Assembly (NCBI GenBank): GCA_963765765.1
Contig: CAVXYC010000010.1
Span: 192,001 to 256,000 of the forward strand
Reading direction: 5' to 3'
DNA: 64,000 bases
DNA from: an uncultured Chloroflexia bacterium
GTDB lineage: Bacteria > Chloroflexota > UBA6077 > JACCZL01
Shown here in pieces: positions 43,151-52,904 of this stretch. Under the pieces are notes generated by a model. It had not been told where the DNA came from, did no database searches, and saw only the letters and a program-made list of their open reading frames with translations. The stretch's first letter is position 1. The number at the start of each line of letters is the position of its first letter. The translations under genes were made by a program, and so were the position numbers.

Positions 43151-43566
43151 CGTTCCACCCCCATGGCTTTCAGACCGATTTCGGCAAGAGCCTCGTCACG
43201 GATCGTGGTATTACCGCTCATGGCGATACCACCGACGACCTGGCCATTGATGATGATGGCTATTCCGCCTTGCAGCGTAGTGACCATGGGGTCGCCCCAG
43301 TCGTTCAGAGTCCGTTGCTTGGCCTTCACATGCTTGTCTCGGAAGACCACGGTGTCCAGGCCAAGATTGGCCGCGGTATAGGCTTTGGCCCGGGCGCGAC
43401 TAAGCATTCGCGAGGGCGCTTGGTCTTGACGCATGAGCAGGATCGGAACGCCGTGCTCGTCCGCAATGGCAAGCGCCACAGGATTGTCCGAGCTGGTGAG
43501 GGCTCCCAGGATGGCGTCGCGTGCACGCTCCGCTTCTGCGAGTCCAAGTCTCTCTTGTTGGAACAT
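43147..43566 (-). CDS. GlcG/HbpS-family heme-binding protein
   Basis: ALAIADEHG, ARAKAYTA, QGGIAI..VVGGIAMSG..DEALA; RBS GAGGGAG. Confidence 0.88.
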   Translation of the reverse strand: MFQQERLGLAEAERARDAILGALTSSDNPVALAIADEHGVPILLMRQDQAPSRMLSRARAKAYTAANLGLDTVVFRDKHVKAKQRTLNDWGDPMVTTLQGGIAIIINGQVVGGIAMSGNTTIRDEALAEIGLKAMGVER

Positions 43567-43662
43567 GGGTGCTCCCTCTGTCGAGTAGCCACAGATTCTA
43601 TGGAGACGGCTCTTGCTCGTCAATGGATGAGCGCGGCGACAGAAGTTCACATTGTGGATGTG

Positions 43663-43802
43663 CGTCTCACGGGACCGCCGACATCCTGGCCGTCCGGCCC
43701 ACAAGGCCGCCGGAGGATGCCTTTAGCTCCGGCGCCTTTGCTGTCCGCGTTGCGGCCCTCCGAAGGGCCGGGCCAACAGGATGTCGGCGGTCGCGGCAGA
43801 CG
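43663..43802. repeat. 140-bp element bounded by inverted repeats (REP doublet or structured RNA)
   Basis: CGTCTCACGGGACCGCCGACATCCTG vs reverse complement CGTCTGCCGCGACCGCCGACATCCTG (23/26), with internal hairpins. Confidence 0.7.
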
Positions 43803-44237
43803 AGATTACGTGCAAAGTTGGAGGCACAGTTTGCCTTTTGCCGTATCTGGAGCGGATTGGACCGAAACTGTACTGACTGGCTGGGGTGCGCCCAGAACTT
43901 GTGACGTCTCTTCGGCTCGTACTCGTGGGAGTGGCGCCTGGCCTGTCCGTTCTGCCTGGCCAGAGCGCATACCGGTTAGGCGAGGTTCCTGTCCCACCAC
44001 TTGCCGCGAGCGCTATCACGGGTCACTGCCCCTGGCCGGGCGCGTTGCACAAGTTCTGGGCACGCCCGACTGGCTGCATTACTTTGACCTGAGCACGGCC
44101 CGTTCTTATACTGGCCCTCGGGGCTTTATAGTCTCGCGTGCGCGGATATTTCTCCGTGCCTAAGGCATCGTCGAAGAGCGATCATTAACACACATGTTGT
44201 AGCCCGCGACGCCGAAGACGACGTCGCTGGCAGGAGG

Positions 44238-46025
44238 ATGGCAATGGCAGCCGCTACCGTATCGCACCCTGGTCCAGGGAGACGGCGAATCGCGTTCCGA
44301 CCCGTCCAGGTGGTCGGGACAATTCTGCTGGCGGGCGTGCTGTTCCTTACGGTGTATCCGCTGGCCATGCTGATCGTCGGAAGCTTCAAATCGATGGGGC
44401 CCGGACTCCCCGGGGACTGGACCTTTGTCGGCTACCAGAAGGCCTACACAGACTGGGCGACGCTCTCAAGTTGGGGCAACTCGTTCATGCTGGCTACCTC
44501 GGTTACGTTGATTTCGACGGTCATCGCGGTCACCTTCGCGTTCATCGTGGCTCGGACAGACGTTCCGTTACGCTGGATGATCGTTCCCGTGATGACGATG
44601 GCCTTTGTGATGCCCCAGATCTTCTTCTCGCTGGCATGGTCAATGCTCGGCAACGCGCGCGCGGGCATGATCAATCAGCTCTGGCGGAACCTGTTCCCCG
44701 GTGCTGGGCCGCTCTTCGACGTCAATAGCTGGGCTGGCATGATCCTGGTCATGTCGCTCGCCACAGTGGCGTTCAAGTTCCTGCTTCTGCTGGGCGCCTT
44801 CAAAGGGCTCGACCTGGCGCTCGAGGAGGCTTCTCGAATCGCTGGCGCTGGCCGCATGCAGACGCTCCTGCGGGTGGACCTACCGGTCCTCGCCCCCACC
44901 ATTCTCGGCGTCATGATGCTGAGTTTTATCCGCGGACTCCAGGCCACGGAGACCCCGCTCTTCCTGGGTTTCCCGGCGGGCATCTATGTGTTCTCCACGA
45001 AGATGCTCGACTACATCAATAACTACGTGCCTGCTCGCTATCCCGAAGCTACGGCACTCGCGGTGACGGGTGTCGTGGTGATGGTCGTCCTGGTGATGCT
45101 CCAATGGAAGATCCTGGGGCATCGGGAATTCGTCACGATCACGGGTAAGGGCTACAAGCCCGAAATCTGGCATCTTGGCAAGCTGAAGTGGGCGTTCACG
45201 GCGCTAATTGTCGTGTATGTGCTCCTTGCGCTCGTCCTTCCTGGCATACAGCTCTTCCTGGGCTCATTCCAGAAAATCTTCGGTGTGTACTCCTGGAATA
45301 GCTTTACGCTCGAGAACTATCAGAAGGCGTTGGATTCACCCGTTGTGCAGCGCGCGGCGAGGAATACACTCCAGATTGCTCTCCTGGGCGGCCTGGTTGG
45401 GATGGCAATCACCACTGCAATCGCGTACATCGTTACGCGGACGACGTTCTACGGCCGCCGCGCCCTCGACATGGCTGTGTGGGCACCCTGGACGATGCCC
45501 GGCGTTGTGCTTGGCATAGGTCTGCTCTGGGCGTACATCAGTGTTCCGGGTCTCAAGGAGCTCTACGGAACTCCCTGGCTCATGATGTTGGGAATGATCG
45601 TGACGATCATTCCGGTCGGCGTCCGAGTGATGGGCGGGGCGCTCTCTCAGCTCAGCAAGGATCTCGAAGAATCAGCAAGAATCCACGGTGCTTCCTGGAT
45701 GCGCGCCTTTATGACGGTTGTGGTGAAGCTTGTCATGCCGAGCTTCCTCTACGGTTGGCTCGTGATCGGCGTCATTCTCAGCGGAGAGCTTTCCGTGCCG
45801 CTCGTGCTCTATGCACCAGGCAACGAGGTCTTGTCCGTGGCGATCTACGGCCTCCAGCAGAATGCTCAGCAGGCTGTCGCGGCGGCGGTCTTCTCGATGG
45901 TGCTGCTCGTCGCGGCCAGCGCGCTAGCCGTTGCGCGGCTCGTGCAGTTCATTGCGGAGCGCTTGAAAGAACGAGCTGAGGCGCCCGAGACGCGCGAGAT
46001 GGAGATGCAGCCCGCGGCCGTCTGA
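44238..46025 (+). CDS. ABC permease, duplicated FbpB type
   Basis: ALEEASRIAGA, DLEESARIHGA, TITGKGYKP. Confidence 0.92.
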   Translation: MAMAAATVSHPGPGRRRIAFRPVQVVGTILLAGVLFLTVYPLAMLIVGSFKSMGPGLPGDWTFVGYQKAYTDWATLSSWGNSFMLATSVTLISTVIAVTFAFIVARTDVPLRWMIVPVMTMAFVMPQIFFSLAWSMLGNARAGMINQLWRNLFPGAGPLFDVNSWAGMILVMSLATVAFKFLLLLGAFKGLDLALEEASRIAGAGRMQTLLRVDLPVLAPTILGVMMLSFIRGLQATETPLFLGFPAGIYVFSTKMLDYINNYVPARYPEATALAVTGVVVMVVLVMLQWKILGHREFVTITGKGYKPEIWHLGKLKWAFTALIVVYVLLALVLPGIQLFLGSFQKIFGVYSWNSFTLENYQKALDSPVVQRAARNTLQIALLGGLVGMAITTAIAYIVTRTTFYGRRALDMAVWAPWTMPGVVLGIGLLWAYISVPGLKELYGTPWLMMLGMIVTIIPVGVRVMGGALSQLSKDLEESARIHGASWMRAFMTVVVKLVMPSFLYGWLVIGVILSGELSVPLVLYAPGNEVLSVAIYGLQQNAQQAVAAAVFSMVLLVAASALAVARLVQFIAERLKERAEAPETREMEMQPAAV

Positions 46026-46067
46026 GTCCGTAGGCTTCCGTTAAGAGACATTCAGGAGGAACACGCG

Positions 46068-47172
46068 GTGGCGGGCATTCGAGTTCGTGGACTCATCAAG
46101 TCGTTTGAGACCGGAGTCCGCGCGGTAAACGAAGTTGATTTCGAAGTCCCGGATGGGGCAGCTTGTTACGCTGCTGGGCCCAAGTGGGTGCGGAAAAACT
46201 ACGACCCTCCGGCTGCTAGCCGGGTTTGAGACCCCGGATGATGGTGAGATCTCGTTTGGCGATCATATAGTGACGTCGATGCAGAAGGGCGTTTTTGAGC
46301 CGCCAGAGAAACGCGGTGCTGGAATGGTATTCCAGAGCTACGCGATCTGGCCGCACATGACCGTGTTCGAGAACGTAGCGTATCCACTGACCATTCGATC
46401 CACGCCCAAGAACGAGATCCGAACCCGTGTTTTCGATGCGCTCGAGATGCTCGGTCTTCACGGTTTCGAGAATCGATCGGCCACAAAATTGAGTGGCGGT
46501 CAGCAGCAGCGCGTCGCGATTGCCCGCGCACTCGTGGGCAATCCGGGCATCCTGCTTCTGGATGAGCCGCTTTCGAACCTGGATGCCAAGCTGCGCGCGC
46601 AGATGCGCGTGGAGCTGCTGCAGCTCCAGCGTCGCCTAAAGGTCACGACCGTTTACGTAACGCATGACCAGACGGAGGCTATGGTGCTCTCCGATAAGGT
46701 GCTGGTCATGAAGGACGGAGTCGTCCAGCAAAGTGGTTCGGCTCGCGACATATTCAAGTGGCCTGTCAATCGGTTCGTAGCGGATTTCGTCGGGTTCACC
46801 AATTTCATTCCGGAAACGTCCTCGAGCGTAATGGGGATCTCACGTCGGTTCGCGTGGGCAGCGGCGGCCAACCGCTGCAGCTTGCGAGCTCGGAGCCGCT
46901 GAGTCCCAACGATGACGTTGTCATTGCTACGCGTCCGGTCGGCTGTTCGGCTGCATGTGAGCGGCACAAACGGTCAGGCGCCAATTAGTGGCACCGTGAT
47001 CTCCCAGGCATATCTCGGCGATGTCATCGAGGTGCACGTGCAGATCGATGACATGCGAGTCATCGCCCATGTGCCCGAAGCTACGACGGGTCAGACCGTC
47101 AGCGTCCCTCAGGTTGGTGACAAGGTGGACGTGGAGCTCGATCAGGGGAACGCGATTCTGGTGAAGGTCTAG
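46068..47172 (+). CDS. ABC transporter ATP-binding protein (frameshifted)
   Basis: RBS AGGAGG and GTG start; [23 protein letters not shown]; TOBE-like fragment in 46912..47172. Confidence 0.9.
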
Positions 47173-47210
47173 GGATCTAGATCGTGGGTGGAACGACCGG
47201 TGGAACGACG

Positions 47211-47310
47211 CCACCCCAGCCCTCCCCGCTGCAGCAGGGAGGGAGCGTGTTCAGGGGGAACCGAGGATCCGGCTTCCTCCCTGTCGCAGCGGGGAGGGCC
47301 TGGGGTGGGG
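47211..47310. repeat. GC-rich palindromic intergenic repeat element
   Basis: CCACCCCAGCCCTCCCCGCTGC...GGGAGGGAG / CTTCCTCCC...GCAGCGGGGAGGGCCTGGGGTGG between convergent genes. Confidence 0.7.
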
Positions 47311-47351
47311 TCGTCATGCCGCGGGCAACGGCCTCAACGCCTCAATCCCTC

Positions 47352-48551
47352 CTACGCGCGCCTGATTCCTCCAAGTGCTCTTAGCGCCCAGTCGCGTTGA
47401 TCCGCGGAGAGCATGTTCTTCACATCGGGTTGAACTTGGGCCGTTGAGATCCAATTCCGCCATGTCTCCTGCGATTTGCGCTGGAGCGTATCGGCGTCAA
47501 ATGGACGGTCATCCGATTTCTCTAGAACCTGGATAATGTGCTGGCCATTGCGGGATTCGACAACCTCGCCGATAGCACCGACGTCCTGAGAAAATGCTGC
47601 GAGCTCAAATGGCAAATTCATTACGCCGGACCCGAACCAGCCAAGATCGCCACCCTTATCCTTGCTACCCGGATCTTTTGACTCCTGTCGGGCAAGTTCG
47701 GCGAAATCCTCGCCGTTGAGCAGTCGCTGGCGGACCTCCTCGGCCTTCTCGGGAGTTTCCAACAGAATGTGCCGAGCATGGACCTGAGAGCCGGAGGCTG
47801 GCGTGTCCGCTGAAATCACTGTACGGAGCTTCTCTTCCAGCACGTCAGATCGAACGAGCTCTCGGAACTGTTGATCCGTTAACCCATTCCGCTCGAGAAG
47901 AATAGCGTAGGCACCGCTGGCAATGTCTGGTGACAGCGTTGGATATGGAGTGGCGGTCGCCGTCGGCGACGGTGTTACCGATGGTTCAGGTGTCGGACTC
48001 GGTGTGCTTGTTACCAGCGGCGCGGGTGTAGCCGTCGGGGCCGGTTGAGTCATAGCGTCCTGCTCGGCAAGGATCTCCTGCAGCTTTGCTTCCACTTCGT
48101 CGTCGGTCACTACGATGCCGCGAGCGGCGGTCTCCCGACGTACAAGGATCTCCTCGATCATCTGGTCCAGAGTCGTATCGGGAAGTCGATTCTTCTGCGC
48201 AACGAGCTGCGAAGTTTGTTGACTCATACCCTGGGCTGTGTAGAGTCGGATTTGATCGTCGAACAGTTTGCTGCGCGGTCGCGCACGATCAACTACTTCG
48301 TTCAGGCTGATAGTCTGGCCATAGACGTCGGCCACAGTTTCTCGGCCACGCAAGAATGATTCGCGCACATAACCCACGACGAGCACGAGCACGATGATCA
48401 CCGCAAAGCCGAGAACTCCTAATTTGATCCAGCGCTCTTGCTCCTGTTCCCGCTGCCATTTGGAGAGCTGCCGCTGCGATGGACGGAGGTGCGCCAATCT
48501 GGTGGTTAAACTTCGGCTTTTCGATGGTTCCTTATTTCGTCGAGTGGCCAT
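47352..48551 (-). CDS. PrsA/SurA-like parvulin peptidyl-prolyl isomerase
   Basis: N-terminal TM, Pro/Thr linker, VHARHIL, FAELARQESKDPGSKDKGGDLGWF, GQHIIQV. Confidence 0.9.
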   Translation of the reverse strand: MATRRNKEPSKSRSLTTRLAHLRPSQRQLSKWQREQEQERWIKLGVLGFAVIIVLVLVVGYVRESFLRGRETVADVYGQTISLNEVVDRARPRSKLFDDQIRLYTAQGMSQQTSQLVAQKNRLPDTTLDQMIEEILVRRETAARGIVVTDDEVEAKLQEILAEQDAMTQPAPTATPAPLVTSTPSPTPEPSVTPSPTATATPYPTLSPDIASGAYAILLERNGLTDQQFRELVRSDVLEEKLRTVISADTPASGSQVHARHILLETPEKAEEVRQRLLNGEDFAELARQESKDPGSKDKGGDLGWFGSGVMNLPFELAAFSQDVGAIGEVVESRNGQHIIQVLEKSDDRPFDADTLQRKSQETWRNWISTAQVQPDVKNMLSADQRDWALRALGGIRRA

Positions 48552-48589
48552 ATGCTTGCTATTTCAGTTCATATGCAAGGAATGAGAAA

Positions 48590-48609
48590 AGCCGGGTCGA
48601 AGCCCGGCT
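48590..48609 (-). terminator. Terminator of the rpsF-ssb-rpsR operon
   Basis: AGCCGGG/CCCGGCT hairpin followed by a T run on the minus strand. Confidence 0.6.
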
Positions 48610-48631
48610 CAATGACTCATTTCTTAAGACG

Positions 48632-49013
48632 TCACGCGCGAGCGTGGACCCCGCTGATGCGGACATGCTCGGCTGTGTATGGCAGGAGCGCCATATGCCG
48701 TGCCCGCTTTACCGCGGTAGCCAGGGCGCGCTGATGGAGAGCACACGTGCCCGTTTTGCGGCGGGGCTCGATCTTTCCACGATCGGAAAGATGTCTGCGG
48801 AGTCGCGAAAGATCTTTGAAATCCACGTAGCTGATCTTGTCAGCACAAAACTGACAGACCTTCCGTCGCGGAGTGTATTTTCGTCCGTATCCCTCACCCT
48901 TTCGGCGTGGAGGACGTCGCTGTCCGTCGGCGGGACCCGATGGGGCACCCGGGCAGCGAAGGGCTCTGTATCCCTGACGGAGCTGCTGGTGTGATTTCTG
49001 TTTCTACTGTCAT
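48632..49013 (-). CDS. rpsR: 30S ribosomal protein S18, Zn-binding form (one apparent frameshift)
   Basis: [34 protein letters not shown]; TAATG overlap with ssb. Confidence 0.93.
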
Positions 49014-49447
49014 TAGAACGGTAAGTCCTCTAGATCTGAATCCGGAGCAGCGGATGTCCCTGTACCTGCAGGCGCATAGCCGCCAGGTGCATAGCCGGCT
49101 CCCTGGTCGTCACGCTGACGCTGGTCGAGCAGGATGACGTCGTTCGCCATCACTTCGAGGCTCGTACGAGGTTTCCCTTCGTTGTCTTGCCAGGCGCGTG
49201 ACGAGAAGCGACCCTCCACGAGCACGCGGCTTCCCTTGGTTACAAGGTTCGCCGTGGTCTCAGCCAATCGGCCAAATGTCGAGACTTGAAACCAGTCGGC
49301 TTCCTCGACCCGCTCACCATCGCGGCCACGCCGGACGTGGCTGCAGACCATCCTGAACGATGTTACCTGGCGGCCGTCCGCGGTGAACCGAGCCTCGGGG
49401 TCACGAGGCTGCACCCGACCAACGAGGGTGATTTTGACCATGTCCAT
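49013..49447 (-). CDS. ssb: Single-stranded DNA-binding protein
   Basis: KITLVGR..DPEARFT, KGSRVLVEGR, acidic tail DLEDLPF; lies between rpsF and rpsR. Confidence 0.95.
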   Translation of the reverse strand: MDMVKITLVGRVQPRDPEARFTADGRQVTSFRMVCSHVRRGRDGERVEEADWFQVSTFGRLAETTANLVTKGSRVLVEGRFSSRAWQDNEGKPRTSLEVMANDVILLDQRQRDDQGAGYAPGGYAPAGTGTSAAPDSDLEDLPF

Positions 49448-49470
49448 AAGGCTGACCTCTTGCTCCCCGA

Positions 49471-49758
49471 TCAGGCGACGGGGCGAATCAGTAAGTGGCG
49501 GATGACCGACTCATTGAGACGGAAATCGCGCTCGATCGCAGTTAGGCTCGTAGGATCCAGCTTCAGCCGAACAACGGAGTAGACGCCTTCGAGATAATTC
49601 TCGATGGGATACGCCAGTCGGCGCCGTCCCCAGGGCTCAACTCCAGTCACCTCACCCCCGCGTGATGCGAGCATTGTGGTGACGCGCGTACTCGCCTCCT
49701 CGATGCCGGCTTCATCAAGCTCTGGCGTGAGGACGTACATAAGCTCGTAATCTTGCAC
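49471..49758 (-). CDS. rpsF: 30S ribosomal protein S6
   Basis: YELMYVL, WGRRRLAYPI, VIRHL; SD AAGGAGGT before GTG. Confidence 0.95.
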   Translation of the reverse strand: MQDYELMYVLTPELDEAGIEEASTRVTTMLASRGGEVTGVEPWGRRRLAYPIENYLEGVYSVVRLKLDPTSLTAIERDFRLNESVIRHLLIRPVA

Positions 49759-49888
49759 GTCTTGCACCTCCTTTCTCTGGGATTGCCCTTCGCGAGCGAC
49801 GTTGGCGGTGCTCACCTTCGTCTAACGAAAGGCAGAAAGACGCGCGGGAAATTCCCGCGCATGAACTCGGGAAGTATATCAGGTTGGA

Positions 49889-50488
49889 TCAGGTCCCGTA
49901 GCGCTCTTCCCGCCAGGGGTCACCCCGCATATGGTAGCCGTATCCCTCCCAGAACCCAGGCTGGTCGTCGGCAAGGAATTCGACCCCGCGCACCCACTTG
50001 GCACTCTTCCAGAAGTAGAGATGCGGGACAAAAAGGCGCAGGGGTCCGCCGTGCTCCGGTGTGAGATCCGCGCCGTTCCATCGATTGACGAACAGCACAT
50101 CATCACGCATGAGGTCCGTAAGGGGCAGGTTTGTGGTGTAGCCGTGCTCTGCATGAATCAGTGCGAAGCGAGCCTCGGCCTGGATTTGAACCAGTTTGGC
50201 CACTTCGAGAAATGGGATGCCTTCCCAATCGCTATCGAAAAGGCTCCAGCGGGTCACACAGTGCACATCTGCGTGAACCGTTTTTCGCGGGAGCCCCAAT
50301 AGCTCGTTGAATGGCAATGATCGAGGCTCGGCAACGAGCCCGGTGAGACTGAGCCGCCATGTGTCGATATCCACGTTCGGTACTGAGCCGTAGTGAAGCA
50401 CCGGCCATTTCTTGGTCTGGTACTGTCCAGGCGGCAGCCGACTCCCCAGGCTGTCTTCTTCCTTGGACTTTCGTCGAAAGATGTTCAT
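49889..50488 (-). CDS. Sulfite-oxidase-like molybdopterin oxidoreductase
   Basis: RLPPGQ, DVHCVTRWS, EHGGPLRL, YFWKSAKWV, GFWEGYGYHMRGDPW. Confidence 0.9.
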   Translation of the reverse strand: MNIFRRKSKEEDSLGSRLPPGQYQTKKWPVLHYGSVPNVDIDTWRLSLTGLVAEPRSLPFNELLGLPRKTVHADVHCVTRWSLFDSDWEGIPFLEVAKLVQIQAEARFALIHAEHGYTTNLPLTDLMRDDVLFVNRWNGADLTPEHGGPLRLFVPHLYFWKSAKWVRGVEFLADDQPGFWEGYGYHMRGDPWREERYGT

Positions 50489-50658
50489 GGTCTGCTCCCT
50501 GCCGGCGCTCTTCAGCATCATGATCGCACGAATGTCGGGAGTGAGCGGCAATTGTGTGTCCCCCTGTAGGCGCTACCCGAGCTCCACGGTGCGCTCGCGG
50601 ACAGGGATACCTGGTGGCGGCCGTAAAGGGCCGCCTCAGGAGTGCGGTTTAAGAAGAC

Positions 50659-50693
50659 AAAAGCGGTCCGACATCCCACGTCGAACCGCTTTT
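50659..50693. terminator. Bidirectional terminator
   Basis: AAAAGCGGT..GAC/GTC..ACCGCTTTT hairpin with A/T tracts on both sides. Confidence 0.65.
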
Positions 50694-50712
50694 GTTTGTT
50701 GCTGGATGGCGA

Positions 50713-51171
50713 CTAACCGCAGTTGACAGGCAGACCTAGCGCTGGATCATCGATCCTATAGTCGCGATTGTTGCTCTTATCCTTAATCACCACGAACCCG
50801 GTATCGTTGCTCTCGTTGATTTCGCCTTTGATGACCGCATCTACCGTCTTGACGACGTCGTTGATGGGCGTTCTCGTCACACTCGCGGCGTCTTTAAACG
50901 TAAACACGACATCCCGGTAAGTGAGCTTTTTCTTACCTTCCTTGACGATTCGCTTGCGCGTCTCTTTGGTGAGCTTGTCAAAGTGATCGGACTGATAAGT
51001 CGCACCATCGATATTGATCCTCCAGGACCGAGAGCGACCGGATCCGTCATTGATTAGCATCGAACCATTGTTCCCAACCATCTCGCATGTATCCGCGAAA
51101 GCTGGGCTCGCCTGGAGCGGTAGGGCGGTTATGCCCACAATAAGCGCCAGTGCCCCAAGACGTCTTTGCAT
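50713..51171 (-). CDS. Secreted hypothetical protein
   Basis: Signal peptide ending AFA; Cys near both ends of the mature chain; RBS GAGGGGG. Confidence 0.65.
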   Translation of the reverse strand: MQRRLGALALIVGITALPLQASPAFADTCEMVGNNGSMLINDGSGRSRSWRINIDGATYQSDHFDKLTKETRKRIVKEGKKKLTYRDVVFTFKDAASVTRTPINDVVKTVDAVIKGEINESNDTGFVVIKDKSNNRDYRIDDPALGLPVNCG

Positions 51172-51431
51172 AGCACCCCCTCTGTCTGGTCATCGTCGGA
51201 CTGCTCGACACAGCGGCTCGCGAGTCGGACGCGTCCCGTGGCGTTGATCTAACCGATGGGATTATGGAAATGTCTCTGACAATTCCAACGGCTGCAAGAT
51301 CGTTTTATTGTCAAGTCACAGGATCGAGACTGCGCCGATACGGGTTTGTGATGGCCTGCTCAATGGCCTGTGCCGCGCCCGTGACCCGGCACGGTAATCT
51401 GCGATACTTCGATCGCTGAGGTGCGTCCGTT

Positions 51432-52904
51432 GTGAGTCTGTCCACTGAGCCACTGCCCAAATATCGGCGAGTCATCGAGCTACTTCGTCAAGAGCTCGCC
51501 CATGATTCCGTGTTCGATCGGGTAGAAGAACGGCTTGTCTACGAGTACGACTACGGGTTGGACCGATCGCCCCCCGACCTCGTGGTGACTCCACGGTCTG
51601 CCGCTGAGGCCGCGGCTGTAGTTCGTCTCGCGGCAGCTGAGGGCATCGCGGTTGTGCCACGAGGCGCGGGCACCGGTATCGCCGGGGGCGCTGTACCGAT
51701 AGAAGGCGGGGTCGTCGTCTCGTTCGCGCGCATGCGCTCGATACGAGAAATTGATTTTGAGAATCGCGTGATGACGCTCGAGCCCGGTGTGGTCAATCTT
51801 GACATGACCAGGGCTGTAGAGGAGGCCGGCTTCTACTTCGCTCCCGACCCATCCAGCCAGAAAGCCAGCACCATTGGAGGAAACGTAGCCAATAACGCCG
51901 GCGGTCCGCACTGCCTTGCGCTTGGCACTACGACGAACCACGTTGTGGCACTTGATCTCGTGCTGAGCGACGGTGAGACGATTCAATTGGGAGGTGAAGC
52001 GCCTGATTCGCCCGGCTACGACCTGCTCGGCTGTGCTGTAGGCTCAGAAGGTACGATCGGTCTAATTACCGAGATTTCAGTTCGCATTCTTCCCCATTCT
52101 GAAGCCACGAAAACAGTGCTCGCAATTTTCGGCTCGGTGGAACACGCGTCAGCAGCCGTGTCTGAAATCATCGCCGCGGGAATCGTTCCGGCCGCGCTCG
52201 AAATCATGGACCAACTGGTCCTACAGGCTGTTGAAGCAGCCTTCCGCGCCGGATATCCGCCGGAGGCGGGCGCAGTCCTCTTACTCGAGCTTGACGGACT
52301 CTCGGAGACGGTTGGGGAGCAAGCTCCGCGAGTGGAGGCGATATGTCGGGGGCACGGCGCCAGTGAGCTGCGCTCAGCCGATACGGTGGAGGCTCGCGCC
52401 AAGCTCTGGGCTGGGCGGAAGGGTGCCGCGGCCGCCATGGGGCGAGTTGCACCGAACTACTATCTTCATGATGCCGTGGTTGCGCGCTCTCGACTTCCCG
52501 AGCTTCTTCATACGGTCGTGGAGATTGGGCATCGCTATGACCTGCCAATTGGCAATGTGTTTCACGCGGGAGACGGAAATTTGCACCCGATGATCATGTT
52601 CGACGTTCGCCAGCCCGGAGCGTTGGAGCGGGTCATGGCCGCTGGACGCGAGCTGCTCGAGGCCTGCGTTGCCGCGGGCGGCGCTCTCAGCGGGGAGCAC
52701 GGGATTGGACTCGAGAAAAACAATTTCATGCCGTGGGTCTTCAGTGAGGATGATCTCGACATGATGGAGCGTGCGCGAGACGCTTTCGATCCACACCACA
52801 TTTTCAATCCGGGAAAAATTCTCCCGTCCACACGCCAATGTGCCGACGTGCCGATTCCAGGACGTGCTGCCGCCCCATCGAAGGATCCGGGCCTGTGGGT
52901 CTAG
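51432..52904 (+). CDS. glcD: GlcD-like FAD-linked oxidase
   Basis: PRGAGTG, APDPSSQ..STIGGN, GSEGTIG, HAGDGNLHP, GEHGIG, NPGKI. Confidence 0.85.
   Translation: MSLSTEPLPKYRRVIELLRQELAHDSVFDRVEERLVYEYDYGLDRSPPDLVVTPRSAAEAAAVVRLAAAEGIAVVPRGAGTGIAGGAVPIEGGVVVSFARMRSIREIDFENRVMTLEPGVVNLDMTRAVEEAGFYFAPDPSSQKASTIGGNVANNAGGPHCLALGTTTNHVVALDLVLSDGETIQLGGEAPDSPGYDLLGCAVGSEGTIGLITEISVRILPHSEATKTVLAIFGSVEHASAAVSEIIAAGIVPAALEIMDQLVLQAVEAAFRAGYPPEAGAVLLLELDGLSETVGEQAPRVEAICRGHGASELRSADTVEARAKLWAGRKGAAAAMGRVAPNYYLHDAVVARSRLPELLHTVVEIGHRYDLPIGNVFHAGDGNLHPMIMFDVRQPGALERVMAAGRELLEACVAAGGALSGEHGIGLEKNNFMPWVFSEDDLDMMERARDAFDPHHIFNPGKILPSTRQCADVPIPGRAAAPSKDPGLWV

Noticed and set aside
43270-44163. 297-aa plus-strand ORF and similar long shadow ORFs (9938..10681, 18925..19881, 58979..60145)
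   Set aside because: Antisense to real genes or spanning repeats/tRNA, with no recognisable motifs; expected in GC-rich DNA.
48632-49013. Programmed frameshifting or pseudogenisation of rpsR and other split genes
   Set aside because: No slippery sites are evident and indels occur throughout the window; sequencing error is the simpler explanation.
49759-49860. S6:S18 autoregulatory leader upstream of rpsF
   Set aside because: Hairpins are present, but I could not match the motif by eye; it needs a covariance-model search.
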